From: an uncultured Gammaproteobacteria bacterium
Lineage (GTDB): Bacteria > Pseudomonadota > Gammaproteobacteria > Steroidobacterales > Steroidobacteraceae
Assembly (NCBI GenBank): GCA_963810775.1
Contig: CAWEOT010000005.1
Location: forward strand, 113,720-177,719
DNA: 64,000 nt
Direction: 5' to 3'
A model generated the notes under the pieces. It searched no databases, was not told the origin of the DNA, and saw nothing but the letters and a program-made list of their open reading frames with translations. Below are positions 9,458 through 20,776 of the stretch, piece by piece. The number at the start of each line of letters is the position of its first letter. The first letter of the stretch is position 1. The position numbers and the translations under genes are program-made.

Positions 9458-11209
9458 GTGCAGCCGAGCGACTCTCGCGCCGTTCACGATCCCGCTCTCG
9501 CTGCGCAGTGCGCTCATGATGTCGCAGCGGCGTTCGTCGACTACAACAACGAATTCCGTGCCATCACGCGCCGTGCACCGGCCCACTTCGAGGCCCGCGA
9601 CTGGCGCGGCAGCCAGCGCGATGCCGTTCAGCGCATTGAACTCTACGACCGGTTCGTCAATGCGACGATCGCACAACTCAAGGTGAAACTCGGGTCGGCG
9701 TCGCTCGACCCGGAACTGTGGCGCTCGATCCGCCGACATTTCGCGATTCTCGTCGAGCCTCTGCCCGACACGGAATTCACCAAGACCTTTTTCAGCTCGA
9801 TCACCCGCCGTCTGTTCGGGACCGTAGGTGTCGCGCCAGACCTCGAGTTCGTCGCCCTCGATCTCGATCCGCTCGGCAGCATTACCTCGCACGTCGTCAC
9901 CAACACCTATTTCAACCGCGGCTCGCTCGAGCTGATGTGCGAACAGATTCTGACGGATTTTCGCTTCCACACACCGTGGAAGGATTTCGATCGCAGCGTC
10001 GCGCATGTCGCGACCGAAGTAGCGGCACACTGCCAGCAGACGGGTGAGAGGCGCGCGGTCGAGCAGATCGAGATCATCCGCCCGGTGTTCTACCAGATGA
10101 CGCGGGCCTACCTCGTGGGGCGCGTCGTTGGGCGTGGCTGGATGCTGCCGCTGGTGATCGCGCTCAAGAACACCGACGGCGGCGTACTGGTGGACGCAGT
10201 GATGATGCGCGAAGCCGACGTCAGCATCGTGTTCAGCTTCACGCGCTCCTACTTTCACGTCGACCTGGAGCGCGTCGGCGAAGCGGTGGTGTTTCTCAAG
10301 TCGATGCTGCCGCGCAAGCCAGTGAGCGAGTTGTTCACCGTATTGGGGCGTGCCAAGCAGGGCAAGACCGAACGCTATCGGGAGCTGTTCCGCCATCTGC
10401 AGCAGTCGGACGATGAATTCGTGCATGCGCCCGGCGATCGCGGGCTGGTGATGATCTGCTTCACCCTGCCCTCCTTCGACATCGTGTTCAAGGTCATCCG
10501 CGATCGCTTTCCATATCCCAAGAGCATCCTGCGGCAGGATGTCATGGCGAAGTACGAGATGGTTTTCAAGCACGATCGCGCCGGCCGGCTCGTGGATGCG
10601 CAGGAATTCAAACGGCTGCGCTTTCCAAAGCAGCGCTTTTCAGGGCCGCTCCTCGAAGAACTCTCCGGCGAAGCGGCCGGCAGCGTGCATGTCGACGGCG
10701 AGGACCTGATATTCGATCACATGTATATCGAACGGCGCATGACGCCGCTCAATCTCTACCTCGGCGGCCAATCACGCGAGGCCGCAGAATTGGCGGTGCT
10801 CGACTACGGTCAGGCGATCCGTGACCTGGCATACACGAACATCTTTGCCGGGGACCTGCTGCTGAAGAATTTCGGCGTCACGCGCCACGGCCGCGTGATC
10901 TTCTACGACTATGACGAGCTGTGCCGTGTCACTGACTGCCGCTTCCGCGATATGCCGCAGGCCAACAACGAGGAAGACGAGATGCGCGGCGAGGCGTGGT
11001 TCTACGTCGCGGACAACGACGTGTTTCCTGAAACCTTCATGGCTTTCCTCGGTTTTGATGCCGACCTCAAACAGGCCTTCCTGGATGTGCATGGCGAGAT
11101 CCTGACGGCAGAGTTCTGGCGGCACGTCCAGCAGCGACACTTGGGCGGAGAACTGATGGAAGTACTGCCCTATCACCCGCACCGGGTGCGCGTGGCGAGC
11201 AGCCTTTAG
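9458..11209 (+). CDS. aceK: Isocitrate dehydrogenase kinase/phosphatase
   Basis: Collinear with E. coli AceK (FGFTRSYFHV, FKVIRDRF, KHDRAGRLVDAQEF, LLKNFGVTRHGRVIFYDYDE). GTG 9458 lies 6 nt after GGAG. The 895-aa ORF in the track is this gene plus an open-frame artefact across icd. Confidence 0.9.
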   Translation: MQPSDSRAVHDPALAAQCAHDVAAAFVDYNNEFRAITRRAPAHFEARDWRGSQRDAVQRIELYDRFVNATIAQLKVKLGSASLDPELWRSIRRHFAILVEPLPDTEFTKTFFSSITRRLFGTVGVAPDLEFVALDLDPLGSITSHVVTNTYFNRGSLELMCEQILTDFRFHTPWKDFDRSVAHVATEVAAHCQQTGERRAVEQIEIIRPVFYQMTRAYLVGRVVGRGWMLPLVIALKNTDGGVLVDAVMMREADVSIVFSFTRSYFHVDLERVGEAVVFLKSMLPRKPVSELFTVLGRAKQGKTERYRELFRHLQQSDDEFVHAPGDRGLVMICFTLPSFDIVFKVIRDRFPYPKSILRQDVMAKYEMVFKHDRAGRLVDAQEFKRLRFPKQRFSGPLLEELSGEAAGSVHVDGEDLIFDHMYIERRMTPLNLYLGGQSREAAELAVLDYGQAIRDLAYTNIFAGDLLLKNFGVTRHGRVIFYDYDELCRVTDCRFRDMPQANNEEDEMRGEAWFYVADNDVFPETFMAFLGFDADLKQAFLDVHGEILTAEFWRHVQQRHLGGELMEVLPYHPHRVRVASSL

Positions 11210-11277
11210 ATCGAAGCGCCAGCCGATGCCACACGCTTGAAACCCCGTGCGCGCGGAGAAGCTGACAACCCGTCGGG

Positions 11278-11628
11278 CTACTTGCCGGACTCGAGGTGAA
11301 ACCGCTGCAGCACGCGGTGAAACATCGGCGCAAGGATTGCGCCAGCCGCGGTCAGAAACACGATGCCCGAGAACAATGCATACAACGCCGCGAAGATCTT
11401 CGCGCCGCTGGACGTGAGCGGATCGATCTCGCCCATGCCGGTGAGAATCATCGCCGCATTGAGAACCGCGTCGATCCAGTCGAGCTCGGCGATGAAGTGA
11501 TAGCCCAGGATGCCGATGACGAGTCCCCCGGCGAGTAACGTGCACGCCAGGCCAAGGCCACGGAAGTACTTGCGGCTGAAGGGATGAGAGAAGCGAGGGG
11601 TTGACTCAGATTGCGCCTTGCCTGTCAT
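11278..11628 (-). CDS. Small two-TM membrane protein, ion-channel-like (function uncertain)
   Basis: ORF trimmed to ATG 11628 (GGAGAA upstream). Two hydrophobic helices flank a pore-loop-like segment, AMILTGMGEIDP. No canonical TVGYG filter. Confidence 0.4.
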   Translation of the reverse strand: MTGKAQSESTPRFSHPFSRKYFRGLGLACTLLAGGLVIGILGYHFIAELDWIDAVLNAAMILTGMGEIDPLTSSGAKIFAALYALFSGIVFLTAAGAILAPMFHRVLQRFHLESGK

Positions 11629-11674
11629 CGCGTGTTCTCCACTGGTCGGGCAAACGGAATCACTCGCGGCTTCA

Positions 11675-12847
11675 TCACCCGCTCGCGTGTTCGAGCGCCT
11701 GGCGCAAGTCCGCGATGAGATCCTCCGCGTCTTCGATACCAACTGACAGCCGCACGGTACTGTCGGAGACACCCGAAAGCTCGACCTGCGCCGGTGTCAG
11801 GTCGCGTTCGCGCAGGAGTTGCGGCGGCATCACTAGCGACTCGGTAGAGCCCAGGCTTGCCGCCCTCGCGAAAAGCCGCAGTGCGTCGGCAAATCGGCGC
11901 CCGCCTTCCGCTCCGCCACGGATGTCGAAGCTGACGATGCTGCCGAAATCGTGCATCTGCGCGCGCGCCAGTGCGTGTTGCGGATGGGCCGCGAGACCCG
12001 GGTAGAAAACCCTTGCGACCTGCTCGTGATTGGCGAGGAACTGCGCTACCTGCATCGCGTTCGTGGCCTGCTCGCGATTGCGCAGGAAATACGTCTTGAG
12101 ACCGCGCAGGATCAGGAACGCCGCATGCGGATCGAGAAACGCGCCGAGGGTGACGAAGTCTTTGCGCATCACCTTGATCAGCTCGGTCCGCGCAATCACC
12201 GCGCCGCCCATGACATCGCCGTGTCCCGATGCGTACTTGGTCAGGCTGTGAACGAAGATATCGACCTCGTACTGGCCATGATTGTGAAAGCCGGCAAAGG
12301 TGTTATCGAGGAGCGTCAGGGCGCCGTGTGCACGCGCCGCACGTGTCAGGCGCTCGATATCGGCGATCTTGGTCACCGGATTGGTCGGGGTCTCGAAAAC
12401 GACGAGCCGGGTCGGCTTCTCGGACAGCGTCTGCTCCACGCCGCTGATGTCCTCGATCGACAACATCGTGTGTGAAACACCAAAGCGCCCGAGCAGCCTT
12501 TTGATCAGGTGTCGCGTCGGCGGATACGTCTCGATGAAACACACGACGTGATCGCCCTGCTTGAGCAGCGCCAGCAGGCAATGGCCCATTGCCGCCACCC
12601 CGGAAGCAGTCACCAAGGCGTCATCGCGGCCCTGCAACTCCGCGAGGAGCATTTCCAGCTGCCTCAGGGTCGGGTTGGAGCGCCGCGAATAGAAGAAGCC
12701 GGGACGTTCGCCGCGCAGATTGCGCTGCGTCTCCTCCGTGGTGTCGAACTCGAACTTGACCGACTGGTAGATCGGCGCCACCAGCGAGTGGTTGTCGGCC
12801 GGCAGCTCAACATTCGGCGGATGGTTGACGCGCGTGGGCTTTTTCAT
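11675..12847 (-). CDS. Cys/Met-metabolism PLP-dependent enzyme (cystathionine gamma-synthase / gamma-lyase family)
   Basis: 390 aa. PLP-lysine motif HSLTKYASGHGDVMGG and SNPT motif (RRSNPTLRQLE). Exact reaction not assignable. Confidence 0.8.
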   Translation of the reverse strand: MKKPTRVNHPPNVELPADNHSLVAPIYQSVKFEFDTTEETQRNLRGERPGFFYSRRSNPTLRQLEMLLAELQGRDDALVTASGVAAMGHCLLALLKQGDHVVCFIETYPPTRHLIKRLLGRFGVSHTMLSIEDISGVEQTLSEKPTRLVVFETPTNPVTKIADIERLTRAARAHGALTLLDNTFAGFHNHGQYEVDIFVHSLTKYASGHGDVMGGAVIARTELIKVMRKDFVTLGAFLDPHAAFLILRGLKTYFLRNREQATNAMQVAQFLANHEQVARVFYPGLAAHPQHALARAQMHDFGSIVSFDIRGGAEGGRRFADALRLFARAASLGSTESLVMPPQLLRERDLTPAQVELSGVSDSTVRLSVGIEDAEDLIADLRQALEHASG

Positions 12848-12894
12848 GGGCCGCCAGATTATAATGCGCGGCCTCCCCTTCCGCGGACCTATCC

Positions 12895-14058
<1,164 letters not shown>

Positions 14059-14251
14059 GAACCGGCTGCGGATTCCTGGCTCAAATATGTCGGGAGATCG
14101 GCGAGGCGCTGTATCACCCAGAACACTGCGTTACGACGACCTTGTCCGCCGTGGGTGTCCCTTCCCTTGGACACCACGCCGTAGCCTATGAAGAGCAGCG
14201 CACCGAGCAGCAGAAAATGGGCTAAGGGTTCTCCTTGAGCCAACGCACCAT

Positions 14252-16174
14252 CTACGGGGTGTACCAGATTGGCGAAGTCCAGGCGCGCTCCTGCGTAGTC
14301 ATCGGAACGATGCTCGCCATCTTCACTTTGAAGTAGGCCGCGTCGTACGCGGTCCAGCGTGGGGTCGGAATCTCCAGCACGCGCGCATAGTAGAGAGCCT
14401 TCAGCGTCGGATCGAACTCCGGATCCTTCCAAACGCCGATGAGCTCGGGATCGCCGATGGTGTTGGTCCAGGTCGCCGTCGTGACATCCACTGTGTTGCC
14501 GACGGCGGGCAGCTTACCGCTCGCGTCCAGCTTGCGCTTTTCGCCGTCGCCCCAAACGACGTTAAAGATCTTCTCCTGCGGATTGCCACTCTTGTCGAGC
14601 CAGCCCTTGATGACCTGGATGCGGTCGAGATTGCCGCTCATCGGATCCTTGAGCGCGGCCACCAGGAAGGTCGGCGCCTTACCCTTCGGGGGCTTCTTCA
14701 GATCTCCACCCATTGCGACACCCTTGGCATAGCCGCCGATGGCAGGACTGCGGCTCACCGCATCGGCCGGTACATAGTCGTATCCACCAAAGAAGCGCAC
14801 CACCATGTGCGGGCCGCTGGTTGCATAGGTCTCCTTGCGCTTCATCGCGTCCCAAAGCGCCTCGCGCGTATTCTCCGTTGCCCACACACCCGTAACGCCT
14901 GCCGCAGTCAGCTCCCAACCCTTGACGACGCGGTCGCCGAATTTCATTGCATTCTCATCCCAGCGCCCCGGCCGCGGCTCGCAGCTCGGGAACTTGCAAA
15001 AGAAATTCTCCTCCTCGTCCGCAACCAGGCCGTTGTGTGTATCGGTGCCTCCCGCCATGCCGTACTTGAATGGATTGACGCCGAACTGCCGCTCGACCTT
15101 CAGTCCATTCTTGAGTGCCTGGCGCAGGTACTCGTACTGGATCATTCCGGGTTTCTTGGGCTGCTGTATCAGGTTGCCGCGATCCCAGATCTCATAGCCG
15201 ACCGCGAATTCGTCCGTGGGCGAGAGTGACGGGTGCGATTCGCTTTGGCCTTTCATCTGGATGGCTTCAAAGAGCACTTCCCATCTGGCGCGCTCCGCGG
15301 CCCACTCGCGCGTCAGTGGCTGTCCCGCGAACGTGGTGAGCGCGAACATCCGGCCGTTCGACAGATTGCCATTGTGTGGAATCGCGAGCAGCTTGCCACC
15401 CGTCTTCTTCTCCCAGGCCGCCATCCACTTCCACAGGTCCTCCGGGTTTTCGCTTTGGAAAGTCGTCAACGGCAATACCTGGTCTGCCTTGTCCTTGTTA
15501 TCGCGATAGATGACGTTGCGATGCAGGTTGTCGCCGCCTCCCGCATTCGACGTCCATTCGTATGAGATGAAGGCGGTGAAGCGTCCTGGCTCGTTGTACT
15601 TCTCCATGATCGCCGTGTTCTTCTCCCACGTGGACTTCGCGAACTTCGGGTCCATGATGAGCGCCGGCAGTTTCTTGTTGGACTGTGCCGCGATCAGCTC
15701 GTAAGTCGCCTTGACCGCCTGGTCCCCACCCTTCGCCATCATGTCGTGCCAGCGCTTGAGGGTCGCGTCCTTCATCATTTCCGGGTTGCCCTGCTTCAGC
15801 TCGAAGATCGTCCCCATGCCGTCGGAGTGGTCGGTGACGGCGATCCAATCCAGCGGCCGCCCGAGCTTCACCGGCTGGCCGGTGGTGGACACGATTTCCG
15901 CACCGCGTGCAAACCGCACCGCATCCTCGGGCGTCAGCGTCGCGCCGCTCATGCCGGCATCCACCGACCAGGCGGTGTGGACGTGCTCATCGCCAAAGTA
16001 CGGCCGCGCGGGATAGGACTTCCCCTGGTAGGGCGAATATCCGGCCTTCTTGTAGAACTTGGTGGCGTCGGGCGGTTGGATTTCACCGACGTCGTTGGGG
16101 AAAGACTGTGCCCAGACCCCTGTGGCGCCCAGCAACGTCAGACCTGTAGCAAGCCATCGGGCCGCGGTTTTCAT
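14252..16174 (-). CDS. Exported DUF3604-family (PHP-like metal-dependent) protein
   Basis: ORF 14252..16348 trimmed to ATG 16174 (GGGAG upstream). Signal peptide MKTAARWLATGLTLLGATGVWAQ. YFGDEHVHTAWSVDAG and TDHSDGMG motifs. Family name is from memory. Confidence 0.7.
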   Translation of the reverse strand: MKTAARWLATGLTLLGATGVWAQSFPNDVGEIQPPDATKFYKKAGYSPYQGKSYPARPYFGDEHVHTAWSVDAGMSGATLTPEDAVRFARGAEIVSTTGQPVKLGRPLDWIAVTDHSDGMGTIFELKQGNPEMMKDATLKRWHDMMAKGGDQAVKATYELIAAQSNKKLPALIMDPKFAKSTWEKNTAIMEKYNEPGRFTAFISYEWTSNAGGGDNLHRNVIYRDNKDKADQVLPLTTFQSENPEDLWKWMAAWEKKTGGKLLAIPHNGNLSNGRMFALTTFAGQPLTREWAAERARWEVLFEAIQMKGQSESHPSLSPTDEFAVGYEIWDRGNLIQQPKKPGMIQYEYLRQALKNGLKVERQFGVNPFKYGMAGGTDTHNGLVADEEENFFCKFPSCEPRPGRWDENAMKFGDRVVKGWELTAAGVTGVWATENTREALWDAMKRKETYATSGPHMVVRFFGGYDYVPADAVSRSPAIGGYAKGVAMGGDLKKPPKGKAPTFLVAALKDPMSGNLDRIQVIKGWLDKSGNPQEKIFNVVWGDGEKRKLDASGKLPAVGNTVDVTTATWTNTIGDPELIGVWKDPEFDPTLKALYYARVLEIPTPRWTAYDAAYFKVKMASIVPMTTQERAWTSPIWYTP

Positions 16175-16358
16175 TGTTGATACTCCCTGAACCGCGGCAG
16201 CATCCCCCATGCGCCGCCGCGACGCGATTGTACTTAGGGGCAAGTCCACCCAAGGGTGCAGTGAAACTGGTTCTGGGGAGAACGGCGCCGAGCTGATCGT
16301 GGCAGCTGGCGGCCGTCTCCTTTCGGGGCCGTCCTTGGGACGGCGCAATCAGGCTTCG

Positions 16359-16817
16359 TTAGCGGTGGCTTCGCGGCGCCAGCAACGGTGATTGCAGGTT
16401 CGCTTCGCGCGCACTCACCTGCTCGAGGGTGCGCACCGCGTGCGTGCCATCCATCTGCGCGACGTCCGACAGACTGATGACTCCGACCAGTTGCTCGTCG
16501 TCGTCGATACACATGATGCGTGAGACCTGATTCTCGGCCATCAGGTCGTGCGCCGCATCGAGATCGTCGTCCGGACTGCAGGCGATCACGTCACGAGTCA
16601 TGACGTCCTCGACACGCGTCCACAGCGGCCTGCGCTCCGCCACCAGGCGCAGGGCAATGTCCCGATCCGTTACGGCGCCCAATACCCGGCCTGAATACTC
16701 TTCGCAGACCGGCAGAAAACCCAGGTTTCCATCGCGCATCAGGCGGGCCGCGCTCACCACGGATTCATCGGGAGTCACACACTCGACACTGGTCTTCATC
16801 AAGGTCTCACAAAGCAT
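16359..16817 (-). CDS. CBS-pair domain protein
   Basis: ORF trimmed to ATG 16817 (AAGGAGG upstream). Two CBS repeats (GFLPVCEEYSGRVLGAVTDRDI ; VSRIMCIDDDEQLVGVISLSDV). Confidence 0.75.
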   Translation of the reverse strand: MLCETLMKTSVECVTPDESVVSAARLMRDGNLGFLPVCEEYSGRVLGAVTDRDIALRLVAERRPLWTRVEDVMTRDVIACSPDDDLDAAHDLMAENQVSRIMCIDDDEQLVGVISLSDVAQMDGTHAVRTLEQVSAREANLQSPLLAPRSHR

Positions 16818-16988
16818 CTCGTATCCTCCTTGCTCGGTTGACGAATGCGTCCGTCGCTTGTCGCAATCCGCGCACTCCATGAAAGCGACTGCATCAATTC
16901 CGAAATGTTCCGCGAAAGTTCCAATGCAAGAATTTCATGTTGGCGACGTGTCGATTGCCTGACTGCTGAATCGACGCATGACGTGCGT

Positions 16989-18143
16989 TCACCTTTCGCA
17001 CCACCGGCGCAAACGCTCAGCACCTTGCCGCAGGGTTTCATCGCGTTTGGCGAAGCAGAAACGCACCACCGTGAGCTTCGGCGGATGCTGATAGAACGGC
17101 GCGAGGGGAATCGTGGCTACGCCTGCCTCGCGCAGCAACGTGTCCGCGAAGGCCAAATCGTTCTCGCCACTCAGCGCCGAGAAATCGAGAAGCTGAAAGT
17201 AGGTGCCTTGGGCAGGTGTCCAGGTGAAACCTGAACCCTCGAGCAGCCCACAGAACAGGTCGCGTTTGTGGGCGAAGAATCCGGGCAGCTCCGCGATGCG
17301 TTGCGGATAACTCCGCAGGTATTCAGCGATCGCATGCTGAACCGGCGTGAACACCGCGAAAGTATTGAACTGGTGGGCCTTGCGGAATTCACTGGTCAGC
17401 GAAGGCGGCGCGACGCAGTAGCCGAGTCGCCAGCCGGTCGCGTGAAAGGTCTTGCCGAAGGAGAACGCGGCGAACGTGCGTGCTCTGAGTTCCGGATGAC
17501 TCAACGCCGAGACGTGCTGGCGTCCGTCGAGGACCACGTGCTCGTAGACTTCGTCCGACAGCAGGAACGCATTCGTACCGCGCAACAGCTGCGCGAGCCT
17601 GTCCAGATCCCCACGCTCCAGCACCCTGCCCGCGGGGTTGTGGGGGTTATTGAGGATGACGAGTCGAGTGCGCGCCGAAAGCGCCGACTTAAGGCGTTCC
17701 CACGGCATGTCGAAGTCGGGCAGCTCAAGTGGTACATGAATGCACCGACCGCCCGCCAGACGCACGGCCGGGTCATACGAGTCATAGGCGGGATCGAATA
17801 CGATCGCCTCGTCGCCGGGCGAAATACAGCAGCTTGTTGCGGAAAACAGCGCTTCCGTTCCCCCGACGGTGACGGTCACTTCCTGGTCCGGATCAACTTG
17901 CACCGCCTGGGTGCGTTCGAGCTTGCGGGCAATCTCCTGTCGCAGCTCCGGCACGCCCATCATCGGCGCGTACTGATTGCGTCCGGCGCGCACGTGCTTG
18001 TCGAGCAGATCGCAAAGCTCCGGCGCGATGTCGTAGTCGGGAAAACCCTGCGCGAGATTGATGGCGCCCAGCTCCTGGGCGCGCTGCGTCACGACGGTGA
18101 AGATCGTCGTTCCTACGTCAGGAAGCTTGGAAGAGAAAGACAT
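16989..18143 (-). CDS. Class I/II PLP aminotransferase (YbdL / kynurenine-methionine aminotransferase type)
   Basis: 384 aa. NLAQGFPD, NNPHNPAG and SFGKTFHATGWRLGY (PLP lysine) motifs. Confidence 0.8.
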   Translation of the reverse strand: MSFSSKLPDVGTTIFTVVTQRAQELGAINLAQGFPDYDIAPELCDLLDKHVRAGRNQYAPMMGVPELRQEIARKLERTQAVQVDPDQEVTVTVGGTEALFSATSCCISPGDEAIVFDPAYDSYDPAVRLAGGRCIHVPLELPDFDMPWERLKSALSARTRLVILNNPHNPAGRVLERGDLDRLAQLLRGTNAFLLSDEVYEHVVLDGRQHVSALSHPELRARTFAAFSFGKTFHATGWRLGYCVAPPSLTSEFRKAHQFNTFAVFTPVQHAIAEYLRSYPQRIAELPGFFAHKRDLFCGLLEGSGFTWTPAQGTYFQLLDFSALSGENDLAFADTLLREAGVATIPLAPFYQHPPKLTVVRFCFAKRDETLRQGAERLRRWCER

Positions 18144-18149
18144 GAACGC

Positions 18150-18881
18150 TCAGTGGTTGGCTGCGAGGGCGGCACCCACGATGCCGGCGTGCGCGCGAAA
18201 GTATGCCGGCTGGATCTCGACCCGTGACTTGAGGAACGTGCCGAACTGCGAGAAGTGCTCGGTCACTCCCCCTCCAATGATGAACAGGTCCGGCCAGAAC
18301 AGCGCCTGGTACGCGGCCAGTACGGGGTTGACGCGGCTCGCCCACTTGCGCCAGTCGAGTTTCTCGACGGTGCGGGCGCGCCCGGAGGCGCGTTTCTCGA
18401 CTTCCACGCCGCCGAGCTCCAGATGCCCAAGCTCCGTGTTGGGCAGAAGTTTGCCGTCGTTAAAAAGCGCCGTGCCAATGCCCGTCCCGAAAATCAGGAC
18501 CATAACCGTGCCGCGGCGACCGCGCCCCGCGCCGAGCTCCATTTCAGCAATGCCGGCCGCATCGCCGTCATTCAGAAGCGTGATGGGTCGATCGAGACGC
18601 TTGGCGATGACGGCTTCTGCGGGCGCGCCGATCCAGCTTTCATCGATGTTGGCTGCGGTCCACGTGACTCCGCCCTTGACCACGCTCGGCACCGCAACGC
18701 CGATGGGCCCATTGACGCCCAACTGCGTTGCCAGGCTGGCGACGGCATCGGCTACGGCCATCGGAGTAGCGGGCCTGGGCGTTTCGATGCTGACGGGCGG
18801 CTGGACCAGATCGCCCGAAGAGACATTCACCGGGGCGCCCTTGATCGAGCTGCCACCGACATCGAGTCCGAGTCGGATCAT
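18150..18881 (-). CDS. ppgK: Polyphosphate glucokinase (ROK family)
   Basis: 243 aa, collinear with mycobacterial PPGK (LGLDVGGSSIKGA, ILNDGDAAG, FGTGIGTAL, NTELGHLE, WPDLFIIGGG). Confidence 0.8.
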   Translation of the reverse strand: MIRLGLDVGGSSIKGAPVNVSSGDLVQPPVSIETPRPATPMAVADAVASLATQLGVNGPIGVAVPSVVKGGVTWTAANIDESWIGAPAEAVIAKRLDRPITLLNDGDAAGIAEMELGAGRGRRGTVMVLIFGTGIGTALFNDGKLLPNTELGHLELGGVEVEKRASGRARTVEKLDWRKWASRVNPVLAAYQALFWPDLFIIGGGVTEHFSQFGTFLKSRVEIQPAYFRAHAGIVGAALAANH

Positions 18882-18908
18882 CGAGGGACCCTCTGCACAG
18901 AGGCCCCC

Positions 18909-19748
18909 TCACTCATTCGCTGCGAGCGCCATCTGCACGTCGCGCTGCCGGATACGCTCCTGGCGCTGCATCCAAAAGGCCGAGGCCACGATCCCGACAG
19001 TCACGATCAGTACCAGTATGGTGGCGAGGGCGTTGATGTCGGGACTCACGCCGAGACGAACCTTCGAGAAGATCAGCATGGGCAACGTCGTCGAGCCCGG
19101 GCCGGAAACGAAACTGGTGATGACCAGATCGTCCCACGAGAGCGTGAAGGCCAGCAACCACCCCGAAATGATCGCCGGCAGGATGATCGGTAACGTAATT
19201 ACAAAGAACACCTTCGCCGGCCGCGCGCCGAGATCCATGGCGGCCTCTTCCAGCGCCTCGTCGAAAGTGGTCAGACGCGACTGGACCACGACGGTGACAT
19301 AGGCCATCGAGAAGGTGATGTGCGCGATGGTGATGGTCGTTACGCCACGGCCCTGCGGCCAGCCAAAAAGCTGTTCCATCGCCACGAACAGCAGCAGCAG
19401 CGACAGGCCTGTGATCACTTCCGGCATCACTAATGGCGCCGTCGTCATCCCGGACAGCAGGGTGCGGCCCTTGAAGCGGCCGAAACGCGCCAGTACCAGT
19501 CCGGCCACGGTGCCGAGAATTACTGCACCAGTCGCATTGAGGCTTGCAATCTTGATGCTCAGTTTCGCGGCATTGAGCATCTGCGAATCATGGAACAGCT
19601 CCGCATACCATTTGGTCGAGAAGCCCGCCCACACCGTGACCAGCTTCGAGGAGTTGAAGGAGAAGAAGACCATGGACAGGATCGGCACGTACAGGAACGC
19701 GAACCCGAACGCGAGCATGGTCAGCACAAAGAAGGAGCGTCGCTGCAT
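18909..19748 (-). CDS. potI: Putrescine ABC transporter permease PotI
   Basis: 279 aa with EAA loop EEAAMDLGARPAKVFFVITLP. ATGA overlap with the potH stop at 19746..19750. Confidence 0.85.
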   Translation of the reverse strand: MQRRSFFVLTMLAFGFAFLYVPILSMVFFSFNSSKLVTVWAGFSTKWYAELFHDSQMLNAAKLSIKIASLNATGAVILGTVAGLVLARFGRFKGRTLLSGMTTAPLVMPEVITGLSLLLLFVAMEQLFGWPQGRGVTTITIAHITFSMAYVTVVVQSRLTTFDEALEEAAMDLGARPAKVFFVITLPIILPAIISGWLLAFTLSWDDLVITSFVSGPGSTTLPMLIFSKVRLGVSPDINALATILVLIVTVGIVASAFWMQRQERIRQRDVQMALAANE

Positions 19749-20753
19749 CAGCGGTGCGCGACCATTTGCCGGCCCTGGAAATACTGGAACACCATGATCG
19801 GCACCACCAGCAGCAGCAGCATCGCGATCGCGACTGCGCTCGCCACCGGCCAGTCACGGTTATTGAAGAACTCGTTCCACAACACCTTGCCGATCATCAG
19901 CGAATCCGGGCCGCCGAGGAGCGAGGGAATCACGAACTCGCCCACCGCCGGAATGAACACCAGCATCGCCCCGGCGATGATGCCGGACATGGAGAGTGGC
20001 AGCGTGATCTTGAAGAACGCCTTGGTCGGCCGGCAACCCGAGGTCCGCTGCGGCCTCGAGCAGCGTCAGATCCATCTTCTCGAGGTTGGCGTAAAGCGGA
20101 AGAACCATGAACGGCAGGTATGAGTAGACGATGCCGATATACACGGCGAATTCGGTCTGCAGCATCACCAGGGGCTGATCAATGATCCCGAGGGCCATCA
20201 GAATGTTGTTGATCACACCGTTGCTGCGCAACAGGCCGATCCACGCATAGACCCGCAGCAGGAAGGAGGTCCAGAACGGCAGCACGACCATCATCAGCAG
20301 CACATTCCGCCACTCCGGTGTAGCGCGGGCGATGCCGTAGGCCATGGGGTAGCCGATCAGCAGGCAGAACACCGTCGACACACCCGCGATCTCGAGTGAA
20401 GTCAGGTATGCGCGCGTGTAGAGCGGATCTTTCAGCAGAAAGGCGAAGTTGGCGAAGTGCAGCTTGATCGCGAGCGCCTGCTCGCCGAGCCACTCGATCA
20501 GTGGCGCGTACGGAGGCATCGCGAGCTGCGTCTCGGAGAAGGAGATCTTCAGGACGATGACGAAAGGGATCGCAAAAAACAACATCGACCACAGGTAGGG
20601 AATGGCAACGACAAAGCCGCGACCGGTAATGCCGCGCGTGCGCAGCCAACGCTGGGACCACAGATACGCTGAGCTGTGCGTGACGCCCTCGATCAGCTGC
20701 GCCAGCGCGTGGCTGATGCGTTCACCGAGCGAGAGGTAGGCGCTACGTGCCAT
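19748..20753 (-). pseudogene. potH: Putrescine ABC transporter permease PotH, interrupted by a single-base frameshift (or sequencing indel)
   Basis: ORF 19860..20753 is PotH-like up to LEAAADLG and then turns into nonsense. ORF 19748..19990 carries the true C-terminus (SGIIAGAMLVFIPAVGEFVIPSLLGGPDSLMIGKVLWNEFFNNRDWPVASAVA). Removing one base from the CCC run at 20037..20039 joins them as ...DLGCRPTKAFFKITLPLSMSGIIAG... Confidence 0.8.
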
Positions 20754-20776
20754 GCAGCGGCTTCACCAGCGCGTGA

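Noticed and set aside
16162-16197. 8-bp inverted repeat (CCGCGGTT / AACCGCGG) around the DUF3604 start as an RBS-sequestering switch
   Set aside because: The Shine-Dalgarno and AUG fall in the 20-nt loop, not in the stem, so it would not occlude initiation. The stem is short.
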